Part shown: piece by piece, positions 1-15,100 of the stretch
Layout of the letters: the number at the start of each line of letters is the position of its first letter
Numbering within the stretch: the stretch's first letter is position 1
Origin: Antedon mediterranea
Lineage: Eukaryota; Animalia; Echinodermata
Assembly: GCF_964355755.1 (NCBI RefSeq)
Contig: NC_092671.1
Location: forward strand, 8,742,001 to 8,806,000
Direction of reading: 5' to 3'
DNA: 64,000 bases
Made by a program: the position numbers and the translations under genes
The notes under the pieces: model-generated
The model's database searches: none
What the model was told of the DNA's origin: nothing
Seen by the model: the letters and a program-made list of their open reading frames with translations, nothing else

Positions 1-144
1 AAAATGGTGAAAATCAAGGTTAAAACGGCAAAGATGAGCATTATTATAGTTACAGTTAATCGTAGAGTTCTCTTGACTAGATACCAAGGGAGACGAACAT
101 CAAATGGAAGTAGGTCTAGAAATGCGTTTGTTTTTACATGAAAT
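1..144 (-). CDS. LRMP: Transmembrane exon, cut by window edge (FHVKTNAF...LPWYLVKRTLRLTVTIIMLIFAVLTLIFTI)
   Basis: ctttcag acceptor at 144, phase 2; hydrophobic helix preceded by basic residues. Confidence 0.87.
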
Positions 145-3100
145 CTGAAAGATAACATTATCAAACAAACTTATAAGTAATAATCTATTTAGGTGGGTAT
201 AAAACAATTATATATGCAGCATAATATACAGGATACAATCAAATGTACTAAATAATTAAACAAAAAAATATGAGACAATTGAATATACAAAAACAATACA
301 GCGAAAAGTTATAAATAATTTCTTAGAGTGAGTTACTAATTTATTATTATTCATTGTATATTGGGACAAATAACAATAGTCATATGAGAAATTATATTAT
401 TCTTTATTATTTTATATTATTTATTATCATACTAACTCACTATCAAATTAGTTTGACACACAAAAAAAGTCCATATATGGACATGATAATGTTATATCAC
501 TACAATATTTGGACATATCACTACCATATTTGGGCACATCACACTTTTTTGAGTTTGATAGTGTAGACAGAGCTTTAATGTAGACAAGTTTTGAAAATTC
601 ATCTTTTGCAAAGAATACATCTAATTCTGCATGCTAAGCATGTCATTCAAGAAATTATCGACATTAGACTCTATTTAATGATTACTTTGAGAAACATCAT
701 AAAGCTATTATTAGTAATAGATAATAAATATTCAAAATTATTTTATAAATTTCTTCTTAATATTCGCTTATTACCAGGATATATCAGAATAATCAATATA
801 TTATAACTAGTCGAAATTTTAATTGAAATATTTCCGTATTAAAAAAAAACCTATATTCTTCGTGGGTAACTGGGCAGGTAGCATTGTTTATACCATCCTA
901 AATAAGCTTCACAAGCAATTTTACTAATCACCAGGGGGTTGCGCTGGGGCCTATGCTCCTCCTTTTGAAATTTTAGCTTTCAAAAGGGGTGTCTCTTAAA
1001 TAGAGGTTAGAAAGTTTTACTTTTTGATATCTAATTTGTACAATCTATGCTATTATTAAGCAAGATTAATCAAATAGCATTGAGGGGGATTATTTCGCCA
1101 GTCCTTAAATACCTACCACTGATATAGATAACTACAAGTATTTTTACACTGAGTTTATTAGTGCTTTTAGCTGGGCTCATTAAAGAGAATGGTAAACAGA
1201 CAAACTGACAGACAGACAAACAAGCAGACAAACTGAGAGACAAATAGACAAACATACATTCAAAGGTTAAAACAAGACCGTGCAGTATAATATGTATAAT
1301 AGAATAGGCAACACATTTTTTACAATTAATTGATTAAATTATATAATATAATATGATAAATTTAATGTATAAAGTTGATAAAACTAAAAACTGCTTTACT
1401 AGCTTAGATATTTTCTGAGAAATCAAATGTGAAATAAATAAAGTTGAAAACATACGATTCCATTGGTATTATGTTTTCATCTTCAGCTTTGTCCATTAAA
1501 TCATCAAGATTATCACACAGTCCTTTCTGCTGTTTCCTCAACTCTATTAAATCTTGTGATAGTTGAACTCGAACTCCTTCCTCAAATCTACAAGTTAAAT
1601 ATTTTACATTTATGTAAGTGTTGAAATGTTATTACCACAATTGAGTTGCTTTTATCCACTCTTCTCTGTTATTATTAAGCCGATTTTCCACTAGGCGAAT
1701 TTGTTCGCGCGAATCCAACGTTTCGAAGAGAAAAAAATCGCCTACTCTCTTTCCACTACATGAGCGAATAGCTGCGACGTTCATGTTCCTAGCGTGGTTG
1801 CTGAGCATTTCGATTCGCATGAGTACTCATGAAAGCGTCATAGCTCATTTCCTGAGCTCTGATTGGTTGCGCAATATTTCGCTTCGCAAAAAGTAGAAAC
1901 AATTCGAACTAGTAAATTTTGCTGAAGTGAAAAATCAAAGGAACTAGAATTCGTCGAAGAAGGCAGTATGACAGACAGAAACGCGAATACGCATGTGCAT
2001 AGCATGACGCTTTCGATTCGCGCGACCAAATTCGCCTAGTGGAAAATCGGCTTTAACCAGATAAATTTCATTAGAAGCATACAGAATTCAAGCAATACAT
2101 ACAGTACACACTCAATTAGTTGATAGTAGTAGGCATGTACAGACGAGTCAAAACTAAGCCCTGTAGAAGCAGTTTGTTTGGTGTAAGCCGCCGGGGAAAA
2201 CACTATTTGTATCAAGTTAATATTTAAGCTGTACCATCAGAAAATTTACCGTGTGCTACAAGGAATGATGTGCACATACAATTTCATGTTTGATGTAACT
2301 TTACATCAGATGGACAAGTAGTGTATGATAAACTCAGGGAAGAGTTAAATTAAACTACACAAAATTTATACATGGATTTTTCTGCATACGATATTTTTTT
2401 TGTAAAAACGGCAGAGAAAATCCAGAGATTTCCTGGTGTATTTTGTCAGGGGTTCAGATTGTGCACAGTTTGTATGAATTTCTCAATTCCTGTACGTCTA
2501 TAATTGTGTGAAATTTCCGTAGTAATTAATGGACGTTCTATAGAACTGAAGAACCCTAAACTGGAGCTTTTAATTTTAAACCATAAATCAGCTTTAAATG
2601 TTATTTCAACCACAAATAATCACGTTAAAAATGCTTTTAAAACCAAATTTTATATATTGCCTTTTACCGTATAAAGTGGTTTAAAATCAAATGTACATAT
2701 AAAGTTGTTGAATTGTGAATTTTAACAAAATACACACTGCATTAGATATTTTTTTATACAAGTATAAATTGACTTTTTCCACATACAGATGACGACTGCA
2801 GCTCTAAATCACCATATATATTGCATTAGACGGAATCATGTTAAATTCAACATAATAAACACACTGCAGTAGACACATCAATTGATAATGTTGAACAGTG
2901 CTTTAAAAAAAAAAAATTATACATTGATTTTGCCACATAAAATAGATTTGGTGACGAATGGAGCATTAAAAAGGCAAGCTGATCAATGTAGTTCAACATA
3001 AAATATACATTGCAAACAGAAAATAAATTTGGTGATGAGTGGAGCTATTAAAATAAAACATAAATTGCAGAGTCACAGTTATTAATAACAGGAAAATAAC

Positions 3101-6100
3101 AAATATATATATAAATAAATGTATATTGTTTTTACAGAAAAAAAAGGAAAATACTTGTGTAAAAAGTACACATATTTATTGCCCGAACAAAGGGGAACAA
3201 ACCTGGCTGGCTCAAGTTGTTTCTACTACTACCTAGCTCATATTGTATAGCGCTAGTGTACTATAAACATAGCTCTGATGTATACATATTCAGTTCTCTA
3301 GAAAGTCATTGCCTGATAGGTCAATAAACTAAAACAAAATGTCCTACATTTAATGTTTTGTATCTTTTGGTTTATACATTAAATCCAATGATATTTATCT
3401 ATCTTTGTAAAATTAAATCAACTTCACATGAGATGGTTTCAATTAAAACTAAAAGGCCAAAGAAAATAGTTGTATATTACCGCTGATAAAATATTAAACC
3501 TTCCATAATAATCAATAGCAATTCAGCCCAGCCAGAAACTTTTGATCTATGACACACCTATACGCCGACATACGTTTTTTAAAGCCTTACAGTATCAATT
3601 TATGCAGAGTTGGGTAAGGATGGCAAGTTTGCCGATGTTTTTATTTATTTCAACAGGCTGGAGTTGCTATTTTCATAATGTAATGTTTGTCATTTAACAT
3701 AATTCAACTTATAAATAGCCTACATGTATAATCTTAATCAATGGCCCTTTAAATCAATTATAATAACATTGCTTAAAATAAAATGTGCTTTTGAGAATAT
3801 GTATCATAGTACATCAGTATGTTTTGTTGTACTGTATCTCCTCCTAAACCACAGGGTTGACACTTGTACTGTTCGCACTGGGTACCTTAATTCCCATTAC
3901 ATGTTTAGAAAATTAAATAATACAAAAACATACCCCCTATTAAATGATTGCTCCTCTATAATTTGAAGATCTTTTTGAGTTGGAGATGATGACGATGAAG
4001 TACTTGAACTTTCATCACTGAAACTTACTTGACTCTTCCTAAACAAGATAAAACAAAACAAACAGTAAATTTATGTCATAATATTATTATTATTATTATT
4101 ATTTCTTTATTCTTTTATACTGGGAAGCCTGTTAAGGAGTAAACTACTGTTTCCCACAGTACCCAGTATAACATATAACAAAACATTTTTTTAGATTTAC
4201 TTAACTACAGTAGAACATATCCTAATTCACACACTCTCCAACTAAGGACCACTTTTTAATTAGTAAAAGAGACCAAAAAACCTAAAGACCATTAATATCT
4301 AAAAATGAAATATTATATTTCAAAGAAAAATACATTTTTCACACTAAAGAAAAATAAATATTTTGATGGACACAAAAAAAGTGAATAAAGTTATCAATGA
4401 TCGAGTAGATAAAATATAAATTATGATTGAAGATTTAAAAAATAAAATATTGAATCATTGATTGATGAGTTAGTTTAGTACAAAAAGCAGCTTCTTATAT
4501 AAAATGGATTTGATGTTTCAACAAATTAACAAGTCAATAAAAAGTGTATTCTACATATTTCTACATTCTTAGCTCAGTCGCAAATCCATATCAACATTTT
4601 TACAAGCAGCGTCTTGAATGTTCAACCTCTTTTGCGAAATTATTTACTTTTACACTTAAATAATATATCATATAAGTATGAATAAAGTAAACATATTAAT
4701 ATAAGTCATTTTGTAGTTTTAATTTCAGTAACTTTACCAGAAACTTGTTTCTTTCAATGTTTCCTGTTAATGTTTTTGCTTTAAATTTTGGTGTTATCAG
4801 GTAATTATTTTAATTTTTCTTCCAAGGGAACACAACTGCATATACATTGGTTTTAATTTACTTGTTTATTTATTAGATAAATTAAAGATGTATTGTCTCT
4901 TTGACTAATTCCAAAAAGATTTTGTAAAAAATATTTTGTATCCTAATAGTTATTAACTTCCACCAAAAATTAGTCGAAAAAAAAATCATTTAACTGAAAT
5001 ACAGACGTTTTTTTGTTCAAAAAATAACTTTGACTTCCAGTCAAAGTTTTCGATCAAAAAATATCCCATAACGCAACGCGCTTGTTTGGCTACTCTGTAT
5101 GCATAACACCTTCTCAACCGTGCCGAGTTGTAAACAATCCTAATTAGCATCATGTATAATGCATACTCGTGGTTTGAAATCTTTCTTTACTTTCGCTTGC
5201 GACGATATTGCAGACGAAATGTAATCAAATTAATTTACCTGTTAATTATGTAAACTTGTTGGTTTTGGCTTGAATTTTCAACTTAAAGTGAATAACTTTA
5301 ATATTACTTTGATATGGCCAATTTTAATTTAGAATATTTTGACCTTCATTTTTTGTGTTTCAAGGGACAATACATCTTTAAGTAAAAAATTTGCCCAACA
5401 CAGATGTGGGAGTCTCTTGGTTCATACCAGACATATAATGATTAAATTGTGGTTGTTTTACAATAATAATCTGTTCTGTTTCACAAATTTCTTTTTACAA
5501 AACGAATGGATGCATGCTTTGGTACCCTCCACTATATGACAAGCAGTCCATGGTTCTCTTTTACTACAACATGAACACGCACATACAATGCGCTTTAAAT
5601 TAATCATTAATATAATTAGGTTAATTGTCATTAAGTTAAGATATGGGGGGGATTTTAAATTAGTACTAATTCCTTGATGGGTAAATAGGATTTAATATGT
5701 AAGCCAATAGAGCAAGAGATGAGAATGCACTTTTCAAGTAAAATTGCATAGAAAATCAATATAAGTTGTATGACGTTATAAGTAAGATGATGAAATTGAG
5801 TTTATACTTAAAGAGGTACTGTAGTTGACAATTTACAATGCAAATGGTCAGATGTGAATCTAAGAAATTGCACACGAAATAGACATAGATGAAGACTAGA
5901 ATAGAGATCTGTTGCCATATTCACTAATCACACTTAAGTGAGATATTTCCCATAAATATTAGGTATTTCACTTAACTCAATAAATATTTAAGTATTTCCC
6001 TTAAATTGTATTCACTTAGATAGGAGATTTTCTTTATTAATTTTAAAAGCAAGTGTTTCCCTACGTCAAAGTGTGAATGGTGAATACGGCCACTGACCTA

Positions 6101-9100
6101 TATCAACTTCACACCTCCTCAGTCTATTTTTAATTCATGGTAGCCACTGTTGAAGCATCTAATTTGCCCTTGTTAAAATTAATCAACATTAACGCTACAA
6201 ACACGATGACTTATATTGTATACAGAGCAACACATATAAATCCTCAAGTTTACTCATTTTTATTCTATTTATTAATGTTTTAAAACCACATCCACCTTTT
6301 AGGCCATCTGTTAACTCCATCAAGTACAAAACCACAAACAAAACTTGGGACATACTCTTTCCAACGCCATGCCACCACTGAACACAGATTCATGATCAAA
6401 CTTTTCCCATATAGCCTGACCATGGACCTATAAATTGGGTCTATGGCATGAAGACAGTCAACTTAAAAGCATAAAAAAATAGTAATTTGAGCATATAATT
6501 TCAGGGCCTGGACCAATAATTATCAAATACTGTAAATTTGATTGCAGGAACCTTCATTGCTACACACATGATACTGGCCTTTCAATATAATGTTTGATTT
6601 GAGTATTGATTTTAAAGAGATTTGTCACATAAGATTATAGTCAATACTATTAATGATGTCAGAGCATATATCAGATTTCAGTTTAATCTACACATCCTTA
6701 TAAGATGGAAATACAGTCCATTAAAAGAACGCTGTTTGTACAGCAAAATTCGCCTGACTTGGACTAGAAGGTCAAGGTTAATCAACATCCATTATGGTCT
6801 TTGAAGAAGACTGGTAATGCTATACTTTCTTCTCATTATCATACAAAACAAAGAAGATGTAATTTCAAATTAACTATCCTAAGGAAAAAATAGTCTTTGA
6901 TTTAACATTTTAAGAATTTTTTCAAAGTACTTATGTTATGGATTAAGTAGTCATTTGTACTTGAGGAGCTGGACATGGTTAGCAAAAAATTTCGACTGCG
7001 ACTGAAAATCTATAATACCAAAAATAAAAACCACCACCACCATCACACTGTCGCTGAAACCACTACATATATATATATATGAACATTTTATACCAATACA
7101 ATTACAACCACAGAATCCACAACTTTTTACCACACACATACACATCACTACAACAAAACCACACTTTCTAACAACCTACAAACTTTATAAGCATCTTTAT
7201 CTACTGCATGACCAGGGAGGTGAAAAAAAAAATCATTTTTCATATCCCTGCTATTATAATGACAAACTCCACAACTTTATTTACCATAACCATTTACCAG
7301 TATCCAACATTTAGAAAATTGTGGTCTTTTGCTTAAGGACCACTACAATAATATTCAATAATAAAAATAAATAAATGAATACAATTTAAAAAAACACTGT
7401 AAAATTACACATAACATTATTTTGCACAGAACACGTTTCCTAGAATTCATTGTAACACTACTAACCTTTTCATTAGTGTTGAGCTTGGTTGCACAGACTC
7501 TGTAGCGCCCTCTGGTTTAGGTGTTACAAACATTGTGCTTAATTTGTTACGAGCAGCAGTTGCTGCAATTGCTGACGAAAACCTAGATCTTGCATCCTTT
7601 AAACAAAAAATAAATTGCTGATATAATATATATAATATAATGCTCAAATATGTAAAATGCTCAAATATACATATATACATACATACATATACATATATTA
7701 AATGCTCTTAGATAAATAATATATAACAGATTTAGAATATAAAACAAACAATAAACAGAATTGAAGAACACAAAAACCAAAAATATATAAACACATTATT
7801 ACATGGTATAATCAGCCTGAACTAAAATAATGTCACTGATGACAAATTATAATATTTATATTGTTAAATTAAACAATTTGGTATTTATATCTATGTTACA
7901 TTACATCGCCACAGTTTAGTGATTTTATTTAATGTTTACAGACACACATTGAGACACAATGACAGATAATACTGTATTCGTAAACAAACAAAAAAATCCA
8001 GATATAATAATGAAATGACATAATTATTCATTATGAATATTCATCCAGATACAGTAGTAGCATATGACATAACAAAAATTATAACACAATATAATTAATC
8101 TATAAAATATAAGGTTGAAAACAAACATAATTCACAAATCAATATTAAGACATTGTAATGACGATTTACACAGTGGTATCAGCCAACACCTCTTGAACAT
8201 AAAGAAGTTCAACATGCAGTTGTTTAGCCTATACCAGCATGAATCATTAGACTAATTTAAATATGGGGGTAGGCTATATTACAGAAAAAACTGTTCTGGC
8301 CTACATACCAATATAGCTTAGCTTTAAATTTTCCTTAAAAATATCTTCAATGTCTTAAAAATTGATTTGTATTTAAATAAACAATTTATACTTAAAGATA
8401 TATTGTCCCCCTGATAATTTTTTGTTGAATAAGCCACATAATAGTTATTCACTTTGACCAAAAACTGGATCCAAAAAAAAAAAAAAAAAAATACCTGAAA
8501 AACTGTAATTTAAAGCGAAAAATAGTCAAATTGGCTGCAAGCTAACATATTTTTGGTAGAATTTAACTGTTTATTTTTTTTTTCCAGGTTTTTTTCTACA
8601 GAAGTGATTAAACTTGCTAATACTAAAATACTATTCAAAGTGTGATTTTATTAATCTTCATTTTTCATGTTTTTGGGGACAATACATCTTTAAAAACTCT
8701 GAAATAAAAAGGAATATGAACCTCAAGTTGGGTGTTGGATGTGAGCGGGTTCAAGTGCGGGATGGAAGACCTTCTAACGGTCGCATACCTGCGTTGTGAT
8801 ATCTCATGCTGGTGTTAATAAGAACACATAAACATGGTTAGATAATGGTAATTCAAATGTAACAAAAATAATGAAAATTAGTGATGAATCCAGATAAGTA
8901 AAGAATATTTTTTAATATTTTATTTCAATTAAATAGATACTCATATTATCACATAAGTTTTTTTTTGTGCCTAAAGCACTGTCTACACTATCAAATTTTA
9001 TGTGACAAACAAAATGTGATGCTACCACATGTGAGTATATCACTACCATATTTGGGCACATCACACTTTTTTGGTCAAACTAGTTTGATAATGTAGACAG

Positions 9101-12100
9101 AGCTTTAGCAACATTTTTACATCAAAACATTGTTGTAGATTGCCCTTATAAATGTATTCGGTACTGTATAAATCTGGATTTATCTCTAAAAGGTTATTTC
9201 ATTCAGTATCTAGTGGTTTAATAAAAATGAAAAACATCACATTCCTAGATATTATTATAAAAATATTAATCAATCTTTTTCTATAAAAAACATATTTCCA
9301 GTATTTTTTCAATTATATCTTAAATTTGTTGGGCTTCCTTGGAATAATAAAATTCCCAATAAAATCCTTTTTTTTTTTACAAATATTTAATTAAGCTTTA
9401 AGATAAAAGTAAGTAAATGATCATATTTGGAATTATACTGTAGAATAAGAGAAGTATTTATAAAACTCTGCATAAATTTTATTGAAATTAACGACATTTT
9501 GGGGAAATAATAAGTGACTATGATATGCAAAATGCAAGAAGGTAATTTTCATAAAATCGCTATTCTCTCATTGAATATATATATATATATATACCAGTAA
9601 GTTTTGGAATATAGTATAAAGCCTTCCCAGTACAATTCAAATGATATTTGGTACAATATGCATATTGCAGATCACTAAAACATTTCTATATAAATCTATA
9701 CAATCCAAATAAGTTTTCAACAATACACACAATTTCATTGAAAATATCCCAATTTATAATAAGTCATTAGCCTATTTATTTGAAGAGATAATAACATCAC
9801 TGTAGGCAAATTTAAATCGATTCCAATTTTTGGAAAATTTGATTGGGAATCGCTGCACCATCACAATAGCATTTCAATCAGAATCAAATAGTCAAATAGA
9901 ATAAAAAATAGTTGACAATGCTAAAGTTCATTTTGCAGGATGGATAAACTATTATAATATATCATGTTTATAATTTACCAAGCCTTAAATTTGTGGAGTA
10001 AAAAGAGTTGTGAGTTAGAACCCTGACACTAGGTCAGGATTGAACCCTGGACCTTGGGATTGGAAGGGAAGTGCACGTCAGGCTACAAAGCCAATGTACT
10101 TCAAATGCAAAGTTGAAAACCAATATTTCTGTGAACTGTCTACACTTGCTTTTGGTAGATGCAGTTCTTTTAAAATTGAAGTCGAGATCGTGATAGTGTC
10201 AATTTGACTACCCGTTAGCAATGCCAGTTGTTACAACCACCAGTGAGAGAAAGAATAGCGAGTTCATGAAACTGGTGAAAAGAAAACCTTATAATCCTCT
10301 AGGTTGAATGAGGAGAAGGGTTGAACGGAAAGTCTTCTCGATTTCTTGGTTAGTGACTGGAGAACAAAAACAAAGTAGTTAGTGTGCATGGGAATGATAA
10401 ACGTGCAGATAGTATTTGGTTTATTTGGGATTTTATGTGGTAAACTTAATCTGTTTTAATCTGCTTTTTTGCACATATTTTTTATAATAAATACTTAGAA
10501 AAATGTACACACATCTTCAATTACATGCAAAGAGCAGGACTCTCAACAATTGTATTTTTACAATTATTTCCCCAAGATATTAATGAGACCACATGAATGT
10601 AGCCAGAGTCTGGGTTTCTCTATGGTTTGTTTGCTTATTCATAATATGAGTATGTTTATTTATATCAGCATGAACATAGTCTCAACTGGTTTAATGACAT
10701 TTGCATGTCAAACAGAAGAAAGAGTTTGCCTTTTTTCTAGAGCAATTTATTTCAAACTCGCAGATTTTCGTATCTTTACCATATAACTTTTATTATTAAG
10801 TTGGCTATTATCTATCTTTATTGCTTATTGTAACAGTTGAGTGAACAATAAAATTGAATTGAAAACAAACAGATCTCAAGAATACCACATGAAATCACAT
10901 ATAAGACTCTAAGAAAATGTCCTTGAATGTGAATTAGGAACATTCGGAATAAAACACAGGTTGGAGACAATACAGTATAAATAACTAATAAATCAAAAAG
11001 TTTTATTGCTATATGACTAATAAAGTGGCCATGCAATTCGCTTTCTACGAGCGCTTCGTCGATTTAAAGACCTAAATTTATTTTGTGTATTGAAACAGAA
11101 AATTACCGCAAGCTTAATACATGTAATGTTTCTCTGGATTGGAGAAAATTCACATTTTATAGAAATAGAAATATTTTATTACAAATATAAATGGTATAGT
11201 ATCTTTTAATATATTACTATGAAATAATGGTTTTAAATGACAACCATTGTAATATTGTTATTATATGGTCTTCTGAAGTATGATACACAATTGTAATACT
11301 CATTGTGGGAATTTTCAATCGGTATACTAATTTATTCAATTATTAATAACATACATATATTCACTAGTTTGGTAATTTCATGTTTTTTCCAGATATCAAT
11401 TTAAAATTTAATGAATAAAACAAGTGCTAATGTTAAATGCTACGCTGTCCATTTACCTCCTTGTATGATAAATTTCAACAAAGACAGCGTTGAAAGCATT
11501 CAAAGGAAAAATATTAAATAGATTGAATGCAAATCGGGTCAACTTTTTTTATTTAGTAAAAATAATAATTTATATAGAATGCTTAACAAAATAGTGTATA
11601 TAGTTGGAATTTGTGTTGGTTTTATTTGAATTTAATCATATAATAATTTAAATCATTATACAAAATAAAAAGTGATAACACGAAATACTGACTTTTTATT
11701 ATATTGATAAAATCAAGTCTGGTGAGAAAAAATTGTTGGCAAAATCAAGATGCAAAGAAAAAAAAAGAATTAAAAAAAGATAATTTCAAGCAAAAAATAT
11801 TTCGGGAAAAGGCAATATTAATATAATATGTTTGAATCATGTCAAGTTAGGAATAAGTAATGAGTATATTAATTATGAAAACACAAGCATAAAAAAACAT
11901 CATCATTAGAAAATATTTGTGGTGTTATCGCAAGAATTCAAAACAATTATTAAGCAAAAAGCTAATATCACTAGCATATGTTTCATTTTAGTAGGAAGAG
12001 GTTAATTAATAAAAATAAGTGAAAAAGTATTTTGGATGTTATACTTAAGCTTACCTGTCCACCCTGATTACTAATGTTATTGTACCCAATGAATGTTGCC

Positions 12101-15100
12101 ACACTAGCTCTTCTTCTTCCTCCCTATAAGCACAAAAAAGGGTAAATAGGCATAAACACTAATTTAATGGTGACAAATACAAGTCCTATCTTCATCTAAT
12201 CATATTTATATCAATTAAATCAGATTTGAGCCAATGTTCTTCATGTTGTATGATACTTTAAAATTTTTTTTTCTATAGTCAACTTTCCCAATACCATATT
12301 CTCTGAAGACCAGAAACTCTCCCAAAACAAAAACTTTTCTCCGAGTCCAAAAGGTCTTAAATTCCTCTTCACCATTAAAAACACATTCTGAATACCAGAA
12401 TATCTGGAAAACCAGACATACTTGGCCAGAACATATCGGTATTGGGAGAGTCAGTTGTCCACCAAACATTTTTAAGCGTGGTTCCCACTAGCGACGCAAC
12501 ACAAGGACGTAACGCAAGTGAATTGACCAATCACAAGCGATGGCTTATTCGCTTGTGATTGCTAACTGTCTATAACTTCGCTTGTCATTGGTTAAAATGC
12601 TTGCGTTGCGTTTACGTCCTTGCGTTACGTTCTAGTGGGAACCAAGCTTAACTTATAGTTTGTTTGATATATATACAGTAATATCAATATACTGTATATC
12701 ATACAAAATGACACAATTAGGTCTGCCTTAATAGTTACCCTAACTATTAATATGAAAATGCATTTAAAAAGGTGTTTACATGCACATTTTAGAAAGCTAT
12801 TAATAGAAAGTGTGAAAATTGAGAACTTTTCCCTAGTACCATGAAGCCATGAAGTTCATATTGTGAAGTTAGTAGGATGAAAGCAAAAACAAAAGAAGTA
12901 GACAATTAAAATAAGGTTCTAGAAATAAATGACAGTATTTTAATCAAAATTATAAACTGAGTATAGATTTAATTATAGATAATTTGTGGCAATACAGGTA
13001 AATAGAGGGTGGTATTTTAATAATGTAAAAAATACAGGTAAATAGAGGGTGGTATTTCAATAAAGTAAAAAATACAGGTAAATAGAGGGTGGTATTTCAA
13101 TAAAGTAAAAAATACAGGTAAATAGTATTTTAGTGTTAACAAGAAAAATCATCAATTAGCTCTCTGCAATTGTGGTGTATTATTTTGACAGATATGTTCC
13201 AGTTTATAAAACCATAATTTGTCCAGGTACAACGCAATAGTGTAGGCCTATATACTCGCAAGAAATTGTTTTATGTTTTTAATTATCAGGAATGTTTGTT
13301 GTGAGCTGAAATCATAGTGGAAGTGTCTGGTGATTGAATTATTTAATAGAAACATGAATACATAAACAGACAAGTTGTTTTTTTTGTGCCAATTTCCTTC
13401 CATAGAGAGAATCAAAGAGAAAGGTTAGGTTCAGAACAAGGTGTATAGGGAACTTGAAGGAGAATTTTGCAACATAAATAAATTCTTAAAATTGGTTACA
13501 AAGGGCAGTATTAATAATTAATATATAAAGAAATGTAAATAAAGAATCCCAAATACCAAAAAAAGGCCACCTATCATGCAAGTTAAATTATGCTTAACAT
13601 ACAAATTCATAGTGCAGTATACATGTTTACATATATATTTATTATTTATGTATTTATCATTTTGTCCATATTTATGTGAATGATTTTATGGATGCAGAAT
13701 TACATTTAAATTAAAAATTCATCTCACTTTTCATTTTTAAATAATATGTACAACCAACAAACTTAATTAAAGATTGATTTCAATGTACACAGTTACCAAA
13801 CAATTTATTTGTTTCAATTATATTTGGTGAAATATGTAAGATACCAATTTTGAATTAAATCACTTGATTTATATTTTTCAGTTAATATTTAATATTTTAT
13901 AAAGATTTTGAATTTGTTTTAAAAATGTTGGTTTTGATATAACATATCATGGCACTAAAATCCATTAAAAACGTGACTGAAGATATTATATTTTTAATTA
14001 AGCATGCAATTAGAAAAACTGTTACTATACCATGCTATACTATTAACTATATCATGCTATTAGCTATATATACCCATGCTTTTAATGCTATAGTATGTAT
14101 GCACTAATGCTATAACACTACCTCATCACAATGAATCATTTCTTTGTCACTTTCGCTACGACAGCGATTAAGTCGAACTTTAGATCGTATCTGAAGAGTG
14201 GAAGATCATGCTCAAACAGAAATACAATGATATACCAGGGTATGGATACTACGACAGTACTACTTTCTACGGTGATATCTACAAGGGTGTAACAACAAGA
14301 AGTGCAGGATAGACTGCAAACGGTTTGAGTAGGTGTAGAGTGGTATGGGCAAGCAATATAAAGGGTGGAAATGGTTAAGACAGGCTTGTAAAAAGACGAA
14401 AAATAACTGTTATGCACGGGGAAGGGAACATTGCCTTTCTTTGGTCATTATCACAGTATTTAATACTGACACAGGTAAATGTTCACACAAATAGATTAGA
14501 AATGAAGGCACACAATAATTATCATTTTAATAATGTAACATACGCTTTAATATTAAAAATGAAATCTACAAAAATGTATGTAAAAGTAAATGGTGAGTAA
14601 TCATAAAGATTAATTACCTTTGGAGTTCCTGCCATTGTCAGTGAACGTCGGGTTACTAATCGAGAATCTGTGACAAACTTTTAAAAAAATAATAAAACAA
14701 GTTTTAAAATGTGGTAACATAATACATCTCACTGCATGCGTTGATTGCAAAATGTTGAATTTTATTAGGAATGTAAAACTTTTTAGGCGCAAAGTAAAGT
14801 TGCATAATTTCTCTAATTTCAACATTCTAAATATAAAATATATATATATCTCAATTTATTAAAACATTACATGTACAGAACAAATAATTCTAAACTGCCC
14901 AGTGATATACTGAAATATCTAATGACAGAGGGCAGTATACATTTATAGTCTGAAAAGTATGTACTGTATTATGTAGACTTAAATACTTTTCATATCAAGA
15001 CTAGGCAACTATTAATTCTAATAAATAATCTGTTTATGCTCATCCATTTCTGAGTGTAAACACAAACCTGGTTCAGTAATGAACTAAACCATAATGTTTA

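Noticed and set aside
1070-1255. ORF as a TM exon
   Set aside because: It is largely GACA microsatellite, the best acceptor gives a stop, and exon 1456-1587 splices in phase directly to the TM exon at 144
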